64,000 nt of DNA from an uncultured bacterium (GTDB lineage Bacteria > CAYUVA01): positions 62,001-126,000 of the forward strand of contig CAYUVA010000003.1 of the NCBI GenBank assembly GCA_964448115.1. The letters run 5' to 3'. The position numbers were made by a program, and so were the translations under genes. The notes under the pieces are model-generated. The model made no database searches. It was not told the DNA's origin and was given only the letters and a program-made list of their open reading frames with translations. Positions 19,461 through 30,263 of the stretch are shown piece after piece; position 1 is the stretch's first letter; each line of letters begins with the position of its first letter.

Positions 19461-20697
19461 CATAGCGAGTTTGCTTGAGCTTTGTGTTTATTGTGGCAAG
19501 TGCAACGCTGCCTGTCCACTCGTTGAACTCTTTCCTAGCGAAAGTGTCTCCCCGCGCGGGAAGATAGCGATAACCCAGGCGATCATTAACCGCGAGCTAT
19601 CAATCTCACCGCAGGCAGGCAAGATAGCAAGCTATTGCCTTTATTGCTTAAGATGCCTGAAAGCCTGCCCCAACGGTGTAGAAATAGACAAGGTTATCCT
19701 CTACCTTCGCCAGATGGTCGCCTTAAACAAAGGGTCGGCATTGAATGTCAAGGCAATTCAGCAATGGATCGATAAACAAGGACTAGCTCACAACAAGCAT
19801 TTTACCGTGCTTATCAGGGCAATGAATCGGCTGAGTCATACTGGATTGCTCCATCGATTGCCTTATGCAAACCAGCGGACTATCCAATTCCTGTCCTGCA
19901 TCTCACCGAGACCGCTTGATGACCTCCTACCCCCCCCACGGCAATTAAAAGGTAAGCCCAAGGCATCCTTGGCGCTATTCAGCGGATGCATGATAAGATA
20001 CATGTTTCCCAATATCGGCTTAGATACCGTCTCGGTTTTCGAGCGCCTGGGATATCAGGTAACTTTTCCTGTTGAGCAACAATGTTGTGCAATGCCCTTG
20101 TTCTCGGGAGGCTATGTAAAACAGGCGCTTGACTACATGCTCAGTAACCTGAGAATTCTAGGTAACATAAATGTAGATTATTTCGTTGTTCCATGCGCTT
20201 CCTGCGCATACCAGTTGAAGGTGAATTACCCAATGCTCATCTCATCTCACAATCCTGACTTGGTTGATCAGGCTAATGAGATCGCCACCAAGGTTAAGGA
20301 TTTCAGCGAGTTACTGGTGGAGCTTGGCGAACCTGATGATATCGAGTTGAGACTGAGACAACCAGTAAGGGCAACATACCATGATCCATGTCATCTCGCT
20401 TACGGCAGGGGTATCGCTACCGAGCCGAGGCAGATCTTGCGATCCATTGGCAACCTTGAGCTTATTGAGATGCCCAATCAAAGGTGCTGTGGCATGGGAG
20501 GAGCATTCATGTCCAGGTTCCCTGATGTCTCAAGTCAGCTTCTGTCCTTAAAGGCAAGGGATATTCACTCCACCAAGTCTTCCCTGGTGGTTACTTCCTG
20601 CCCGGCTTGTAGATACTGGATTTCCACTGCTTATGACAGGGAGAATTCCCTCGAGGTGCTCACCATGCCGGAGGTGCTCAAGCGGGCATTGCCCTAA
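19450..20697 (+). CDS. glcF: Fe-S oxidoreductase GlcF-like (two 4Fe-4S motifs plus two CCG domains)
   Basis: CVYCGKCNAACP, CLYCLRCLKACP, YHDPCHL, CCGMGG, TSCPAC. ATG at 19450 overlaps the glcD end (track start 19393). Confidence 0.8.
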   Translation: MQADIASLLELCVYCGKCNAACPLVELFPSESVSPRGKIAITQAIINRELSISPQAGKIASYCLYCLRCLKACPNGVEIDKVILYLRQMVALNKGSALNVKAIQQWIDKQGLAHNKHFTVLIRAMNRLSHTGLLHRLPYANQRTIQFLSCISPRPLDDLLPPPRQLKGKPKASLALFSGCMIRYMFPNIGLDTVSVFERLGYQVTFPVEQQCCAMPLFSGGYVKQALDYMLSNLRILGNINVDYFVVPCASCAYQLKVNYPMLISSHNPDLVDQANEIATKVKDFSELLVELGEPDDIELRLRQPVRATYHDPCHLAYGRGIATEPRQILRSIGNLELIEMPNQRCCGMGGAFMSRFPDVSSQLLSLKARDIHSTKSSLVVTSCPACRYWISTAYDRENSLEVLTMPEVLKRALP

Positions 20698-20702
20698 AAG
20701 TC

Positions 20703-21557
20703 CTATTCGAGCAGAAAGCGAGCGGGATCTATATTTCTTCCCTCGTACAGAACCTCATAGTGGAGATGGCGACCGGTTGTTCTACCAGAGCGTCCCATGT
20801 ATCCGATTATCTCCCCGCGTTGCACATGGCAGTTGGCGCTAACCTTAATATTCTCAAGGTGAGCATACTTGGTCTGAAAGCCATAGCCGTGATCTATGGT
20901 TACCAGGTTTCCAAAACCGCCCCAGGGACCACTGAATACCACCAGTCCATCAGCGGTTGCCCGAATTGGAACCGGCTCCACATTGCAGATATCGATTCCA
21001 TAATGCATTCGATACTCGCCGGAGATGGGATCCCTTCGATAGCCAAAGCCGGATGAAACCCAGCCACTGCACGGGGATAAGGAAGGAATAGTGCTATAGT
21101 AAGCTTTTAGCTTAGAGAAGTCCCGGTAGCTCTTATTCGCTTGTTGTATAAGTTCATCAAGATCGTTTGTGGTCTCATTGAAGCGTCTGCTAAGATGTAA
21201 TACCCACTCGGTGGCATCCTTGGAGGATGTATCGGTTATAAAACTATTCATCCTGGTAGGTCCGCCGGCTCCTGATATGTTGTCCGGGCGATTGTCTATC
21301 TGATCCCTGGCATCTAATAGGCGATCGGTGAGGTTTCTGGCTATTTTTACCCTTGATCTTAGTTCTTGGAGTTCCTCTTGAAAGGAAAAGATCGCTTTTT
21401 GCTGAATGTTGATCTTTCTTTCCAGGACAGCTTTTTCCTCAAGGAGTCGATTATACTTGAGATACTGAAAGACCGTGATGCCAGCAAGGAAAACTATAAT
21501 AAAAACCAAAAAGACATTACCCAGGTGCAAAGAGGGTGGTCGCTGTTTTTCCATCAC
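20703..21557 (-). CDS. M23 family metallopeptidase with N-terminal TM and coiled coil
   Basis: HYGIDI, YAHL, GRTTGRHLHYEV. Confidence 0.92.
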   Translation of the reverse strand: MMEKQRPPSLHLGNVFLVFIIVFLAGITVFQYLKYNRLLEEKAVLERKINIQQKAIFSFQEELQELRSRVKIARNLTDRLLDARDQIDNRPDNISGAGGPTRMNSFITDTSSKDATEWVLHLSRRFNETTNDLDELIQQANKSYRDFSKLKAYYSTIPSLSPCSGWVSSGFGYRRDPISGEYRMHYGIDICNVEPVPIRATADGLVVFSGPWGGFGNLVTIDHGYGFQTKYAHLENIKVSANCHVQRGEIIGYMGRSGRTTGRHLHYEVLYEGRNIDPARFLLE

Positions 21558-21736
21558 CTAACCATCCTGTTCGGTTTACTGTTATTCCTTGTCTCCATGT
21601 AAGTCAACATATTTAATTATACTTTATTAAACTTAAATTTTAGATCTTCATTATTTTAATGTCAAGGTTTGATCAAAATTAAGACAATAAATATATCTCG
21701 CAGCTCCCCTAAATTGAATGGACCACCCAACCAGCT

Positions 21737-22186
21737 TTATCTGCCGACGAATAAAACCTCAGGGACTGGATCCCACAAGTGCATATTGCCCTCCAGGTAA
21801 ACTTTTGGGTAATACAGGTAAGCATCCCCATTACATCTGCATAATCGATCACATGCCATCCAGTATCCCAGGGGAAAGCCCCATCGAGAGAGCGCCTGAC
21901 GGGCATATAGCGAGCAAACCGGAGCCATCTGGCAGTTACTACCATCGATCGGTGATATTATGCGCTGATATAGAAAGACCATGATATCAAGCACTATCGC
22001 AGCCGAGGTTTGAGGTTCTGACCTGGTCAAGGTAAACCTAGTACCTGTCATTTCGTTCATCTCAAGCGGTGCTCTCATCGGATTCTGCTCCGAATTACTC
22101 GACAAGGCAGATACGAGAATCAGCGCTAGTGCAAGGATGATAGGAAAACCTACTTTTGTATGGCTAAGATTAACTTTCATTGCCAT
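21737..22186 (-). CDS. YidD-like (membrane protein insertion efficiency factor family) protein with N-terminal hydrophobic extension
   Basis: YQRIISP..G.NC...PVCSLYA..AL...G...DRL.RC motif. Confidence 0.7.
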   Translation of the reverse strand: MAMKVNLSHTKVGFPIILALALILVSALSSNSEQNPMRAPLEMNEMTGTRFTLTRSEPQTSAAIVLDIMVFLYQRIISPIDGSNCQMAPVCSLYARQALSRWGFPLGYWMACDRLCRCNGDAYLYYPKVYLEGNMHLWDPVPEVLFVGR

Positions 22187-22285
22187 AACTTGATCCTAGT
22201 CCAAATTACATTGCTTTTTCAACAGTTTTTTTCCTCCAATGATTCCTTGATATCCATTAAGACTTGTTCAATAAACAAACTCGCC

Positions 22286-24160
22286 CTATTTAATATAACC
22301 TAAACCTTTTAGTTTCTCTTTTATCAGGGCATCGAACTGGGAGTGTGTTGAAGATACTCTGCTTCCTTTGGAGATATATTCATAGGTTTCCACCTGCTTG
22401 GGCGGTATCCTGATTCGTAACGCTTCTTGAAGAACCTTACCGTCCATATCCATAGCTATGGGAAGTGAAAACATATAAAGAATGGTGGGTGTTATGTCCA
22501 GCACCGAGGCATTGTGAATGAGATAGTCCTCCACGATATGATCTCCAGCCATCACAAGGACACCATTTTCTTGATGGGTTCCTGAGTGGGTGGGGAATTG
22601 TTTGAACAGAAAGTATTCGTAAGCGCCGGGCTTGGAGGCGATAAATCCATGATCTGAACATATAATGACAGAACTATTGCAATCGAAGGTAGATAAAGCC
22701 TCGGCGATGATCTCATCCTGGTAACAATAGAATCTCGGTATGACCTTGCCGAATTGTTGGATAGCTTTATCATCCACTGAATGCTCGAAAGCCTCTGGAT
22801 TCATCTCCTTGTAAAAAAAGTGGGACACATTGTCGATACCCTCATAGTAAACCGCCCTAAGGTGAGGCCTTGGGCGCATCTTACTTACAAACTCAAAAAT
22901 ATTGCGGTATGTTTCACAGGCTGCATAGGCGAGCTGGAATTCATACAGGGGATTCATGGTATCAGGCACAATACCCTCCATTACCGATGCATTATCAAAG
23001 AAATGCTTATATACCGAGGGATCTATTTGGTCAGGGATCAGAATCTCGTCCTTAATATCCTTGATCATCTCAGGCGGATAAGTTTGTCCTTTAGCCAAAG
23101 TCTTTCCGTGGCTCAATGGATTGAATCTGGAGTATATTATTCGATCAGAGACCATCAAGCCATTGACCTGTTCAGCGGGCCAGGTCGCCCACCAACCGAT
23201 AATAGCCACCCTTCCCCCCAGACTACTCAAGATATTCCATATAGCTGCGCATCGCCGCTGGCTGGAGGTAACCGGGATTACCTCAAATATGCCCGGCACC
23301 TGAAGCAGATTAAGTATGGACGGGAACTGGGTCAAGATATCCATAGAAAACGGCGGATTATAGCCAACGAAACCGGTAATGCCGTGCTTGGAGGGGGCTT
23401 TACCGGTCGCGATAGACGTCCAAATAAGGGGAGATCTCATCGGTTGTAGGCTTTTCAGATTACCATAAGCACCATGATCCTTGAGACATCTTATAGCGGG
23501 GAGCTTGCCCATGGAAAACATCGGGAATATTATATCCCAGCTAGCGCCATCTATGCCTAAAAGAATCACTTTAATAGGCGATTCAATCTCACCGATAAAG
23601 CTTGTTTGATTAGCGATCTCCTTCTTACCTGGTAATTTTTTATCATTATATCCACTAAATATCGGAACGGTTAAGCAGATGATTAGAAATAATACAGATA
23701 AAAAGGCTATTTTTTTATGAGTTAACCGCCGATAAAACATCCAGCCTAATAATAACATTAAGCATAAAATAAAGTTATATATCTTGTCATAAATAGATAC
23801 TCCAAGACTGGTTTGAGAGATTGCTATAGAATACCCAAGGGTTATGATGATGAAGATAGCAAAGTATATGTTATCAATTATGGATCTTGAATATTTACCA
23901 ATAAATAGCGAAAATAATCTTAATAATAAAAGAATAAATATACTTACAAAGATACTTATCAATATAAATGAGAATAATAAGTAAATAAATAATTTTAACC
24001 AAGATAGAAATGCCACCTCTGATTTAATGTTAATTATAAAAAGAAAAAGATATGTAAAGATGCTGATTAAAATACCATAATATACGCCTCTCGAAACCGC
24101 ATGTTTCAGCGTGGTTTTAAGCTTGTTATTTAGTATATCTTTCTTGTGTTCCTTTTTCAT
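22286..24160 (-). CDS. Membrane-anchored alkaline-phosphatase-superfamily (type I phosphodiesterase-like) protein
   Basis: N-terminal TM helices; LGIDGASW, SPLIWTSIATGK..KHGI, CSDHGF, DITPTIL, and C-terminal LKGLGYI. Confidence 0.8.
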   Translation of the reverse strand: MKKEHKKDILNNKLKTTLKHAVSRGVYYGILISIFTYLFLFIINIKSEVAFLSWLKLFIYLLFSFILISIFVSIFILLLLRLFSLFIGKYSRSIIDNIYFAIFIIITLGYSIAISQTSLGVSIYDKIYNFILCLMLLLGWMFYRRLTHKKIAFLSVLFLIICLTVPIFSGYNDKKLPGKKEIANQTSFIGEIESPIKVILLGIDGASWDIIFPMFSMGKLPAIRCLKDHGAYGNLKSLQPMRSPLIWTSIATGKAPSKHGITGFVGYNPPFSMDILTQFPSILNLLQVPGIFEVIPVTSSQRRCAAIWNILSSLGGRVAIIGWWATWPAEQVNGLMVSDRIIYSRFNPLSHGKTLAKGQTYPPEMIKDIKDEILIPDQIDPSVYKHFFDNASVMEGIVPDTMNPLYEFQLAYAACETYRNIFEFVSKMRPRPHLRAVYYEGIDNVSHFFYKEMNPEAFEHSVDDKAIQQFGKVIPRFYCYQDEIIAEALSTFDCNSSVIICSDHGFIASKPGAYEYFLFKQFPTHSGTHQENGVLVMAGDHIVEDYLIHNASVLDITPTILYMFSLPIAMDMDGKVLQEALRIRIPPKQVETYEYISKGSRVSSTHSQFDALIKEKLKGLGYIK

Positions 24161-24621
24161 AAACGATCGAAGTATATAAGAAAACTGCCCAATCGTCTAA
24201 CTTCTCAAATTATCAGCTTGAAATCCAGGGCGCGATAATGACAACCAAGGAAGACCAAGTGCATCGAGCTTGCGACTTGAAGAACATAATCTATGCAGCT
24301 TTATAGATTGGGATTTGTGGAATATCCCTTTATTGAGATTAGGGTTTGCGCCAAATAAAGAAGATTCTAACTGAAGATCTGAGTATCTTGGATATGAATA
24401 AGAGCCTTTATATTACGGTTCCATCGCCAGTCTTATAAAATTCTCAAATGATTTTCTTTATTATCATATCTCAAACTTGAAAGGATATAAGATATATTTT
24501 ATAACCATTTATATTTTTTTATTGTTGACAAATAACTAGAAATTTGGATAGATTGTTTGATGATTATTCTTTGAAACTGACAGAAAATCGTTACCTTTAT
24601 ACTAGGTGGAGGATTCGGGGA

Positions 24622-25191
24622 ATGGTTGATAATTATGAGCTGACAATCAAAAATATCGGCAAGAAGATCAAACACTTAAGAAAGCTACATGGTATCTCAC
24701 TATTAAAATTATCAAAGATATCTGGCATCTCGCACACTGCCATACACTTCCTGGAAAAGGGAAAATCGAAACCGACTCTGCGGACCCTTTATGCGGTGGC
24801 TAATGCACTTGGTAAACCGCTTGAATTTTTTCTGAAAGAGCAATCAAAAGATTATCCACTAGAAGAATCAGGCGCTTATGATAAACATGAGTTCGATGAG
24901 GTTAGAAAACTCTATCTGAGATGTCTTTCAGAGGATCTATCTAATCGCCTTTTTGAGGCATATCACATTATTCTTGATGAAAATACAAATAAAGCAGCTC
25001 CTCATACCCACGAAGGGGAGGAGTTTATCTATGTGCTTGATGGAGTGGTAGATATTACTGTAGGCGATAAGAATTACACCCTTAAAAAGGGAGAATCGAT
25101 GCAGTTTGATTGTCGCCAGCCACATATCTTTAATACTATCAACGGTTCGAGCAGCATTTTATGGGTACGGGCTCCGATCAAGGAGTTTTAG
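24622..25191 (+). CDS. XRE-family HTH transcriptional regulator with cupin domain
   Basis: IGKKIKHLR..HTH..PTLRTL..VA.AL and HEGEEFIYVLDG...F....PH. ATG at 24622 follows GGAGG. Confidence 0.9.
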   Translation: MVDNYELTIKNIGKKIKHLRKLHGISLLKLSKISGISHTAIHFLEKGKSKPTLRTLYAVANALGKPLEFFLKEQSKDYPLEESGAYDKHEFDEVRKLYLRCLSEDLSNRLFEAYHIILDENTNKAAPHTHEGEEFIYVLDGVVDITVGDKNYTLKKGESMQFDCRQPHIFNTINGSSSILWVRAPIKEF

Positions 25192-25301
25192 GATAATATC
25201 AAAACAGAGCAGAAAGTTGACCCATAAATTTTGAATTTTTAGCTTCCTGACACTAAAATAGTACCGGTTGGATATATTATCAAACTCAAGCAAGTGAAAA
25301 C

Positions 25302-26252
25302 ATGACAAGCAAGACTCTGATATCAATTATTCTAGTCTTGAACTTCATTAGCATGGTGCAGGGTACAACCAAATCGATAGTACGCATCACAGATCATGAC
25401 GCCATACCGCCTGATACGATAAGGGGCATAAGGTTTTTAGTTAAATCCCAGCTCAGTAAGCTCGGATATCTTATGCTGGATATCGATGACTCTTACGATA
25501 GGGCAGATGATGTCCAGATAATAGCCTGGTGTAGAGATAATGAAGCAGATCTTGTCTTTGATGTAGCATTTTTGAGATTGGGCAGGAAACTGATCTGTGT
25601 GATGACAAAGAAAGATTCGGGTGATATGAGGGTTATCTTCTCCGAGCAAGCATCCGCTGCCAACATCGAGGAACTGGATACTGTGCTTCCAAGACTTATC
25701 TCATCGGTTCACCGAGGCAAACCAGTTGAGGAGACCGCGGAGATGACCATGGTAACCGAGAAGGAGGCGGAGCCTTTCAAGAAGAAGCCAGGTGAGCTTT
25801 TCTGGGGCGTCTCATTACCAACGGGTACACCGCTGGTAGTCAAACATGGCAACATGGAAGGCTTTTTCATCCGCTCAAGCTACGAGATGGAACGATCCAG
25901 AATCGACTTCGATATAGGCGGTATGGGCGATGCAGCATCACTATTTGATGCCGGCATTCGACCCTATTATATATTCAGTCCCAGGAACATAAGCGCATTC
26001 ATCGGCGGTGGCTTGAGTTACTTTGCAGCGAGTGTCAGAGCGGATGAGGGCAAATTCAAAGGCTCCGGCATGGCACTTTCGCTCGGTGGTGGAGTCGAGT
26101 TCTTCAGACTATACGAAACCAGGCTCGTGGTCTCTTTCGATGTCATCGTTCCGTTATTCAAGCTGAAAAGAGAATACCAGGATAACGGGCAGACTAGACA
26201 CGAGAAAAAGACCGTCCCCTTCGGCATCTTCAAGTTGACCTACCTTTGGTAG
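25302..26252 (+). CDS. Putative outer-membrane protein (N-terminal soluble domain plus small C-terminal beta-barrel)
   Basis: Signal peptide; alternating beta strands (FIGGGLSY, LGGGVEFF); terminal aromatic ...LTYLW. Confidence 0.55.
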   Translation: MTSKTLISIILVLNFISMVQGTTKSIVRITDHDAIPPDTIRGIRFLVKSQLSKLGYLMLDIDDSYDRADDVQIIAWCRDNEADLVFDVAFLRLGRKLICVMTKKDSGDMRVIFSEQASAANIEELDTVLPRLISSVHRGKPVEETAEMTMVTEKEAEPFKKKPGELFWGVSLPTGTPLVVKHGNMEGFFIRSSYEMERSRIDFDIGGMGDAASLFDAGIRPYYIFSPRNISAFIGGGLSYFAASVRADEGKFKGSGMALSLGGGVEFFRLYETRLVVSFDVIVPLFKLKREYQDNGQTRHEKKTVPFGIFKLTYLW

Positions 26253-26256
26253 ATAA

Positions 26257-26309
26257 GGCAAAGAAAAAAGCACACGCAAAGGCGCAAAGGCGCAAAGAAA
26301 GCAAAGACG
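26257..26309 (+). repeat. Short tandem GCAAAG-core repeat (CGCAAAGG unit)
   Basis: CACACGCAAAGGCGCAAAGGCGCAAAGAAAGCAAAGACG. Similar to the reverse complement of 3811-3836. Confidence 0.65.
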
Positions 26310-26316
26310 AAATACT

Positions 26317-27282
26317 ATGATAACCATAGCTATCCTGGTCAAGAATGGTGCAAAATACCTTGACGAGGTGCTCAAAGCTGTCAAAGAACACGGGTCTCGA
26401 TTCACCTATGAGGTCATCGCCATAGATTCCGGCTCCAAGGATGGTTCGCTTGATATACTTAAATATCATGGAATTCGCCTGATAGAGATCGCTCCTGAAG
26501 AATTCAACCACGGTCAGACAAGAGATTTGGCTTGTCGAGCTGCCAATGACCAGAGCAAGTATATGGTTTACCTGAGTCAGGATGCGACACCAATGGGGGG
26601 ATGGCTGGATGCACTGATTGAGCCGATGGAAGCGGATTCCGAGATAGCCGGCACCTTCAGCAGGCAGATTCCCCGCCCTGAAGCATCACCTATAGTAAAA
26701 TATCTCATGCAGCATCGCTGGGAGCAGGTTGGCACTGATAAAAGGGTTCTCAAGCATATAGAGAAGATCGATGACTTCAAGCTAAGAATGCTTTGGTATT
26801 GCTCATTTTCAAATACCAGCTCGTGCATCAGACGGCAGCTACTGCTCGAGCATCCCTTCGGGAATGCAGGCTTTGCAGAAGATGCACTTTGGGCAAAAAT
26901 GATGCTCATTAAGGGGTACAAGATACTCTATGAGCCAGCCTCACGAGTGCTGCATAGTCATGATCATTCGTTGTTCGAGGTGCTTTCAGCCAGCTTCGAT
27001 CATGGCAGAGGTATGACCGAAGTCGCTCAGAACGGTAATATAAAAGCAGATGCAAGGCTGAACCGTCGCAACTTATTAGAAATGGTCAATATGATCAAGG
27101 AGGAATGCAGCTATATATTGAAAGATGACAGCTCGATCCCCCGCAAGCTTTGCTACCTGTTATACATGCCTTTTTGGCATAGTATAGCGCGATTAGGTAG
27201 TTTGCTGGGATACAAGCATCAATCGCTGCCTGAAGCATTGAAGAGGTGGCTTTCGCGGCAGGAAAGGTTAAGGAGTGAATGA
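26317..27282 (+). CDS. Glycosyltransferase family 2 (rhamnosyltransferase-like)
   Basis: IDSGSKDGS, FNHGQTR, SQDATP, SRQIPR, FSNTSS, AED, HSH. Confidence 0.85.
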   Translation: MITIAILVKNGAKYLDEVLKAVKEHGSRFTYEVIAIDSGSKDGSLDILKYHGIRLIEIAPEEFNHGQTRDLACRAANDQSKYMVYLSQDATPMGGWLDALIEPMEADSEIAGTFSRQIPRPEASPIVKYLMQHRWEQVGTDKRVLKHIEKIDDFKLRMLWYCSFSNTSSCIRRQLLLEHPFGNAGFAEDALWAKMMLIKGYKILYEPASRVLHSHDHSLFEVLSASFDHGRGMTEVAQNGNIKADARLNRRNLLEMVNMIKEECSYILKDDSSIPRKLCYLLYMPFWHSIARLGSLLGYKHQSLPEALKRWLSRQERLRSE

Positions 27283-27388
27283 AAGCATAAGTTTATAATC
27301 TTAAAATGAAATTTTATAAATAAGCAAATAAATATTTCATTATGATAAAGTATTTTTCTATTTTTTGATTTAATTTTTTCCTAACGAA

Positions 27389-28261
27389 CTAGGATCCTGG
27401 ATTCCAGGAGATCTTTGCTGGCTCTCGAGACACCAGCTTATAGTACTTCGCCTTCTGCCAGCCCATGGTCATTGCTGCGTAAACTCGGTTTTCCTTTGGT
27501 ATATCAAGGATTCGCTTTATCTTGCTGGAATGATTGACCGCACCCTCGAAGAAACCATTGAAGCAACATCCCAATCCTAGTGTATGAGCCTGCAACGACG
27601 CATTGTACAGGGCTACCGAGCAATTGAAGTGGGAATTGGTATCCCAAGAGGGAGCATGAACCACAATTAGCACTGGTGCATCATAGAACAGGCGATCCAC
27701 ACCTGACTCGATCTTGCCCTTGAACTTCTCCAGCATGGGGAGATAGTCCTTCAGCTTGTCGGTTAGCTTTGCTCCGGCGACCAGTCTGATAACCATCTCG
27801 CCGACCGGCTTTGATAAGGTGGTGAACAGGCGCTTATAGTAATTGATGGTCAGTTCATTGAGTCTTCGTAACAGTTCATGGTCGGTGATAACTATCCAGC
27901 GGACATTTTGCGCATTGATGCCAGTTGGGGCATAGCGCCCTGCCTCAATGACCTGGGCAATAAGATCTTCGCGTACCGGTTTCTCCTTGTACTGGCGAAC
28001 GCTTCTTCTCTCACGCAATAGGTGCATGAGCGGCTCTGGCTCCATCTTAAGATCCCTGTTTACTGGGATGAGCTGTTCTTGATCCAATCCATCATGCCTA
28101 ACCGCATCTACCGGACAGATAGCCACACAGTGCCCGCAATTGATGCACCAGTCCTGGTTCGTTGCCTTAACTGTATCATCCTTGCGCTCTATGACCAGAA
28201 CCGGGCAGTCGAGCACGCAAAGATCGCACAGGGTACATTTTTCAAGGTCGATATGAATCAT
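27389..28261 (-). CDS. Nitroreductase family protein with N-terminal 2x[4Fe-4S] ferredoxin domain
   Basis: CTLCDLCVLDCP, CINCGHCVAICP, RRSVRQY, APTGINAQ, LGLGCC. Confidence 0.9.
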   Translation of the reverse strand: MIHIDLEKCTLCDLCVLDCPVLVIERKDDTVKATNQDWCINCGHCVAICPVDAVRHDGLDQEQLIPVNRDLKMEPEPLMHLLRERRSVRQYKEKPVREDLIAQVIEAGRYAPTGINAQNVRWIVITDHELLRRLNELTINYYKRLFTTLSKPVGEMVIRLVAGAKLTDKLKDYLPMLEKFKGKIESGVDRLFYDAPVLIVVHAPSWDTNSHFNCSVALYNASLQAHTLGLGCCFNGFFEGAVNHSSKIKRILDIPKENRVYAAMTMGWQKAKYYKLVSREPAKISWNPGS

Positions 28262-28276
28262 AGACTTATGAACTCC

Positions 28277-29323
28277 TCAGCCTGTTTTGATTATCCCTCG
28301 CAGCCTTCTTAATCCGAATTCGATTGAAGCTACTGTGTAAACGAGCAGGAATATCCAGCAGATCAAAGGGTGCAGAAACCATGCTCTATCCTTTACTTTA
28401 CGGTATCCCTTTAAAGCATAGATAATATGGGGCAGGGCTATAATGGTATCAATGATAAAGCGCAGGATACGCATGTTGTCCCTGAGACTGCCGTCATATA
28501 CCGGGCATTTCCTGGGATGAGATTCGCGCAGGTGATGACGCCTGGCAAAGACTAGCTTCTTTACAAAGAAGCTCCCTAGCGAGATCGAACTGTGGTGGAT
28601 GATGGTCTCCTTTACCATAGCAAAGGTATCATAACCAGCCTGGATCAGGTCGTAGTTTATATCCATGTGATGCGCGGTAGCGGGATCTATATTCAGCTTC
28701 AAAAGAGCGGATCTGCGAGCCAGGTAACCGTTCGCTCCCAATGAGGGCACTTGGTTGGGATGGAATCTTACCTTGTAGTATTCCCCCTTATCCTCAGCCT
28801 TGCCATAGATGTTCCATTCCTCATCCTTGTATGAGAAGCGATCCCTCTTTTTAAGGTAATAACCACCGACTGGATCGTTGACGCCGGTTAATGCGAAATA
28901 GCGATTGAGGATGCTATAGGTCTGTTGGTAGTGGTATAGCAGCGGTTGGGTAGCGACAATATCGGGATCTTCCAGCATCGGCAAAATCATATTCAGCAAC
29001 CATCTGTTATGAGGTAAAAAGTTGTCGGAGTCCAAAAAGATGACAATATCTCCCTTTGACTGAAATAAGCCGATGATGCGATTGTACTCCTGGTCACGGT
29101 GGTCGCTTTTGATGATCTTTGCATTGTAGCTCTCGGCGACCTTTATAGTATCATCTTCGGAGCCTCCATCTATCGCAATGACCTCTAGCCGGTCCGAGGG
29201 GTAATCCTGTAAAGCTATAGAATCAAGGCATTGCTTGAGAACCTCCTGGCAGTTGTAGCTTGGTATGATGATGCTTAGGCTCGGTAGCTCTATATTATCA
29301 TTCATTGTCATATCGCTTTCCAC
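28277..29323 (-). CDS. Glycosyltransferase family 2
   Basis: SIIIPSYN, IDGGSEDDT, FLDSDN. Confidence 0.85.
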   Translation of the reverse strand: MESDMTMNDNIELPSLSIIIPSYNCQEVLKQCLDSIALQDYPSDRLEVIAIDGGSEDDTIKVAESYNAKIIKSDHRDQEYNRIIGLFQSKGDIVIFLDSDNFLPHNRWLLNMILPMLEDPDIVATQPLLYHYQQTYSILNRYFALTGVNDPVGGYYLKKRDRFSYKDEEWNIYGKAEDKGEYYKVRFHPNQVPSLGANGYLARRSALLKLNIDPATAHHMDINYDLIQAGYDTFAMVKETIIHHSSISLGSFFVKKLVFARRHHLRESHPRKCPVYDGSLRDNMRILRFIIDTIIALPHIIYALKGYRKVKDRAWFLHPLICWIFLLVYTVASIEFGLRRLRGIIKTG

Positions 29324-29483
29324 CTCAAGGCTACTTTAATAACCTTAAGAAGGCGAAAAAGCAAGCAGCTAAACGCTTTAGCATCAATGTGGTATAATCT
29401 TTTTTATGTTTGACGGAAAGTCTTTATTTAAGGATACTTAAGGTCGTTTGGGTAACAATGATAACAAAATGAGAGAGGTTTCA

Positions 29484-30251
29484 ATGAAAGGTTACCTTTT
29501 AGTCATAATTGTTCTGCTGCTTGCCGTCTCTATTAGCACCGTAAGTAGCATCGAGCCAAAAGAACAGATAGATGTAAAGTTCATCGTTGACAAGGTCGAT
29601 AGGCTCTTTCGGAGCGAGACCAGCCAGGGCGAAGTTCAGATGGAGATTATAAACCCTCACTGGCAGCGGACGCTTAAAATGAAGGTGTGGACACAAGGGC
29701 TGGAGAAGACTTTCATATACATCGAGGAACCAAGGAAGGACAGGGGCACCGCAACCTTGAGAGTCGGCGATGAGATGTGGAATTACTTTCCCAATATAAA
29801 CAAGGTGATGAAGGTGCCACCCTCGATGATGATGGGATCCTGGATGGGATCCAACTTCACCAACGATGACCTGGTCAAGGAGACAACGCTGCTCGATGAT
29901 TATGAGGCTGAGCTGTTCACCCCAGATGATGCTGAGGACGGTTATTATTACATCAAGCTAATCCCCAAGGAGAACACACCTAGCGTCTGGGGCAAGATAA
30001 TAGTCAAGGTGCGCAAGGAAGACTACATTCCGGTACAGCAGGATTACTATGATGAGAAGGGAGAGCTTATCCGCAGCATGTACTTGAAGGATATCAAGAT
30101 GCTTGGAGGCAAGAAGATCCCTGCGGTGATGGAAATGGTGCCTCATAAAAAGGAAAATGAGAAAACGGTGATCGAGTACCTTGATGTAACCTTTGATAAG
30201 AAGCTAGATGATGATATCTTCACCCTGAGAAACCTGCGTAAAAACAGATAA
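29484..30251 (+). CDS. Outer-membrane lipoprotein-sorting (LolA-like) protein
   Basis: Signal peptide; EPRKDRGTATL, MWNYFP, SWMGSNFTNDDL, DIFTLRNL; adjacent to a FtsX/LolE-type permease. Confidence 0.8.
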   Translation: MKGYLLVIIVLLLAVSISTVSSIEPKEQIDVKFIVDKVDRLFRSETSQGEVQMEIINPHWQRTLKMKVWTQGLEKTFIYIEEPRKDRGTATLRVGDEMWNYFPNINKVMKVPPSMMMGSWMGSNFTNDDLVKETTLLDDYEAELFTPDDAEDGYYYIKLIPKENTPSVWGKIIVKVRKEDYIPVQQDYYDEKGELIRSMYLKDIKMLGGKKIPAVMEMVPHKKENEKTVIEYLDVTFDKKLDDDIFTLRNLRKNR

Positions 30252-30263
30252 AAATTACAAGCG

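Noticed and set aside
22781-23449. 222 aa plus-strand ORF, and similar 100-195 aa overlaps such as 14182-14769, 11667-12203 and 17374-17868
   Set aside because: Each lies almost entirely antisense to a well-supported gene and has no recognisable motifs.
24161-24621. ncRNA or small gene in the 460 bp divergent intergenic region
   Set aside because: Only a 22-codon ORF without a clear RBS and a 7 bp hairpin were seen. It is best explained as divergent promoter DNA.
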